A stretch of DNA of 64,000 nt from Chrysomallon squamiferum (Eukaryota; Animalia; Mollusca): assembly GCA_012295275.1 (NCBI GenBank), contig CM022678.1, positions 11,408,001-11,472,000 on the forward strand. Direction: 5' to 3'. This document shows, in pieces, positions 60,286 through 64,000 of the stretch. The notes under the pieces were generated by a model that saw only the letters and a list, made by a program, of their open reading frames with translations, did not search any database and was not told where the DNA came from. Made by a program: the position numbers and the translations under genes. How positions within the stretch are numbered: the stretch's first letter is position 1; each line of letters begins with the position of its first letter.

Positions 60286-61624
60286 GTGTGTGTAAAGTAA
60301 ATAATGAAATGTTAGTTTTAATACTTAGAACCACTCTCCTTCAAAAAGGTATCTAAATAAATAAGTGATTTCTGACTTAATGTAAGCAGAAATAAATTAC
60401 TAGTTCACAAATAGTTCATTTCCTAATTTGATGCTAAGTAAAATGTGCAGTCAGTAGTGGTGGTAGTAGTAGTAATAACAGCAATAGCAGTATAATTAAA
60501 TATCACTAATTATTATTATTATTATTGTCACAGTGTCTGTAAATTATATATATTTACATGCCCACACACATACACATACATTATATATATATACTTCAAC
60601 GACATGATGTCATGGAAAAACAATAGTGGTTGTGTATCTCAGAGGAAGAGCTTGATTTAATTGAGCTGTTATTAATTTATTTATTATTTTATTTTATAAC
60701 AAATGTTTGTGTCTGCTGAAAATGAACAACTTGTTCCAGATACACTTCGCAGATGAAAACAGAAAAAGTAAAGAAAAACATAACAAATAACGAAAATCTT
60801 ATATCATTCATTTATTAGGCAGATAAATCCATAAATGTTTACAATAAATAATGCTAGTTACAATTCTGAAGATAAAAGCTAAGAAAGCTTATAAAATCCA
60901 GTTCCAACCTCACTTCTTCAGCAATGCATTAGAAACTACAAAATGTTTCAGTTCGTGTGAAGATTTGTGTAAATGATTGGTTGTGGTTAATTGTTATCTT
61001 TACAGTGAGATTTATCACTATACAAATAACAAACCAAATGAATAAATAAACAATGGAAGTTGTCAGATTTGGAAAAGAAATTATTTACATACATTTTCAA
61101 AAAGACATTCTCTCAGGATTGTTTTGTGAGTGGAGGGGTGAAATTTCGTGGTGGCATTTTCCGTCTTCCTTAGCGCCGTCCCGTTTCCCGTTCCAGCCAC
61201 TGCTCCGTGATTGGTCAATGAAAAGTTAGTGTAAGTGCTGTCGAGTGTGTTTAAATTAAAAATGTTCATTTTCAGTTCTTCACGTTTTTACATTTATGAC
61301 GTCACATAAACCGCAGATTAAAAATCTTTTGTGCATCAGACGACTTTGCCCGAGTGACAAACACCATACAACGGAGAACTGCTATCAAACACACCATTCT
61401 CCGTAACCATGGAATTCGCTTATGGGTAAATAACAACAATAGTAAAACTATGTACGTGCGTGAAAGGTATCCGTAGAACTGCGGCGAATTTGTTTTGTGT
61501 AATTAAAGAATATTTCTAGAAATTTAGTTTTAAAAAAGGGACGTTACTCAGGGAAGCTAAATTTTTGTGGCGAAAGTGTGCAATCAAAACACTGATGGTA
61601 CTAAATTTACTGGGTTTCCATCGA

Positions 61625-61667
<43 letters not shown>

Positions 61668-61767
61668 TTTATTTATTTTTTTTTTCTTCTGTAAGAAGTA
61701 TTTAGTAATTTAATGTATAGTTTTGTTTATTTAAAATTTTCGAATTTTTGGGGTTATTTTTCTTCGT

Positions 61768-61824
<57 letters not shown>

Positions 61825-61865
61825 CCTCGTCTTCGCTTCTTCTTCATCTTATTATTATTTTCTTA

Positions 61866-61900
<35 letters not shown>

Positions 61901-63659
61901 TATTATTATTATTATTATTCACTCAAATGTACTCTCTATTTTCTTCCGCTGAAAGTCAGGTTTTCGATGTAAAAAGTCTATGTACGTCATCATCTCCGCT
62001 GTGAATATTTGGCGTGTTGTGATTGGACAACTCGTGCGGATGAATGTATACCCGGTGATGGTATAGCTTCACCCACCTAGGTTTACATCCACCGCACGTG
62101 AACCCATAAATAAATCTCAAAATATTCAAATGAACCGCGTCAAACTCTTGTTCTTCTACTGGCTGAAAAGAAATAATAATAATAATAATAAAACAAAATT
62201 ATGCATAATTAATTGAAAATTGTGAAATATTCAAGTATAAATAAAATAAAAAAAAATATAAAATGAAGTGAAGAGAAGTAAAATAAAATAAAACAAAAAT
62301 CGTTATTGTTTACGGCATTAATATTATCAGGTGTACAAAAATCCTTGTAAGAATGAGCCGACAAGAAAAAAAAAAAAAAAAAGTATAGTTTTTACCCCTC
62401 GATGTCTTCATATAATTAGTCTTTACCTTTCAAATATCCCATTAAATTTAACGTTATGAGTGGATAATGATGATGATGATAATCTTCAGAGAAAAAGATG
62501 ACTGAGTGCTATTTATTTATTTATCTTCGCGGTAATTAATTAAGTCGATGCACGTGATATTGCATGTCAGAATCTCATCAGATTAACATTGAAATATTTT
62601 TTATTTTTGTTGTTGTTCCATTTTGAATCAACATATCAGTTAATCTGGAAATAGAAAACTAACGTTATAATAATAAATAAAAATAAATACACGAACGAAT
62701 GAATGAATAAATTTGAAATTACAATAATGATAGCTGTATTTGATTTTTAAAAATAACGATAATAATGATCATGCAAAATCTTTTACAAAAAAAAACACTT
62801 CAGATGACGTTTTTCAATCATTTTTTCTTCATTCAAGCATTCCAAAAGAAAAAAGTATTGTGTGAGACATGCGTTCTGTTTCACGCGCCACTCTACATTA
62901 AAACAATTATTTTGCACTGAACTGTCGTCTGCTTTCCTAGCAATATAAATGTAAATAAGAAAAATTAATCATCCATGAACAGCCTCAACATAATTATACG
63001 AAAATGTATATGAAATATGACGCGTTTATATTTTGAGTTTCTTTATCATTTTGCTGTGTCATTTTCTTTTCTTCTTCTTCTTTTCTTTTTTTTTTTTTTT
63101 TAAAGTAAATAATAATAATAATAAATAATGAAACGATCGAACTAAGCGTGTAAAATGCACTGAAATACTTATAGCCTGAATTTATTGATTTGTTCCCAGG
63201 AGTTCAAGCAAAGTTCATACGTCAGGGAAAGCTCAGCAGTATAGCGCATGCGTCAAGATAAAAAGTTTCCCATTAACGCATATTGGCTAGGAATTTAATT
63301 ACTGTGCATGTTACTTTTATTATTATTATTATTATTATTACTACTATTATTGTTGTTGTTGTTGTGATTATTATCATCTTAGTGCATTTTTACTAACAAT
63401 CATGAAAATAAAGTAATTTTTGTTTTCAGGCTATTTAAACCTTTTCCTTTGATTTTTTTTGTTTTTGTTTTTTTTTACATTAAATCTCACTGCAGATTTT
63501 GACAGCAATAAACTTTATGTTATCGTAAACAAGCACTCAACCACGCACATTCTGTATAAAAGAAAAACACTTAAAAGTGTTCAGTAGGTAAATATCTACA
63601 TCCAAAGAAGAAAACGTTTTCTTATAACTACGTCACCATCTTTTATTTCTATATTTCAT

Positions 63660-63660
63660 T

Positions 63661-63741
<81 letters not shown>
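63660..63741. repeat. (CT)n microsatellite
   Basis: Direct inspection. Confidence 0.9.
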
Positions 63742-63744
<3 letters not shown>

Positions 63745-64000
63745 AGCGACTGCAAATAGAATATAATTATACGTCGTCTTTGTTCGATTTCATTAAATTT
63801 TCTGCAGCATTTTTCCTCACAGTGAAAAACAATTTTACAACATAAAGACGACGACAATCGCACAAAATGATTTATTATCTAATTAATTTATAATCATTCT
63901 TCTCCAGTCAGTAATAAAATTTTACATTCATCACAAAATCCTGTATTCATCAAGGATATCTGTTATACATGCATTCACCATACATACATGTTAATTATAT

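Overview
AT-rich, microsatellite-dense animal genomic DNA, probably lophotrochozoan (mollusc-like, inferred from composition and the hunchback architecture). Three spliced protein-coding genes can be reconstructed by hand with GT-AG junctions and consistent phases. (1) hunchback (+, 30119-35674, 3 coding exons, ~1313 aa, nine C2H2 fingers), preceded by ~30 kb with no credible coding exon and followed by a probable ~7 kb 3'UTR. (2) MRTO4/Mrt4 (-, 43178-49492, 8 exons, 284 aa), tail-to-tail with hunchback. (3) A 14-3-3 zeta-like gene (+, 50086-55966, 5 exons, 260 aa), head-to-head with MRTO4 across a ~590 bp shared promoter. The most notable signal is a cluster of lin-4/miR-125 seed sites (5) and let-7 seed sites (2 canonical plus weaker ones) downstream of the hunchback stop, resembling the heterochronic miRNA control of C. 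elegans hbl-1. Other oddities: a uORF whose stop overlaps the hunchback ATG, a 27-bp minisatellite that duplicates a splice donor in frame inside a zinc finger, recurring TGG(T/A)CA/RGGTCA motif clusters upstream of hunchback, and two small inverted-repeat elements. Nearly all other ORFs in the track are simple-repeat artefacts. All motif counts are by eye.
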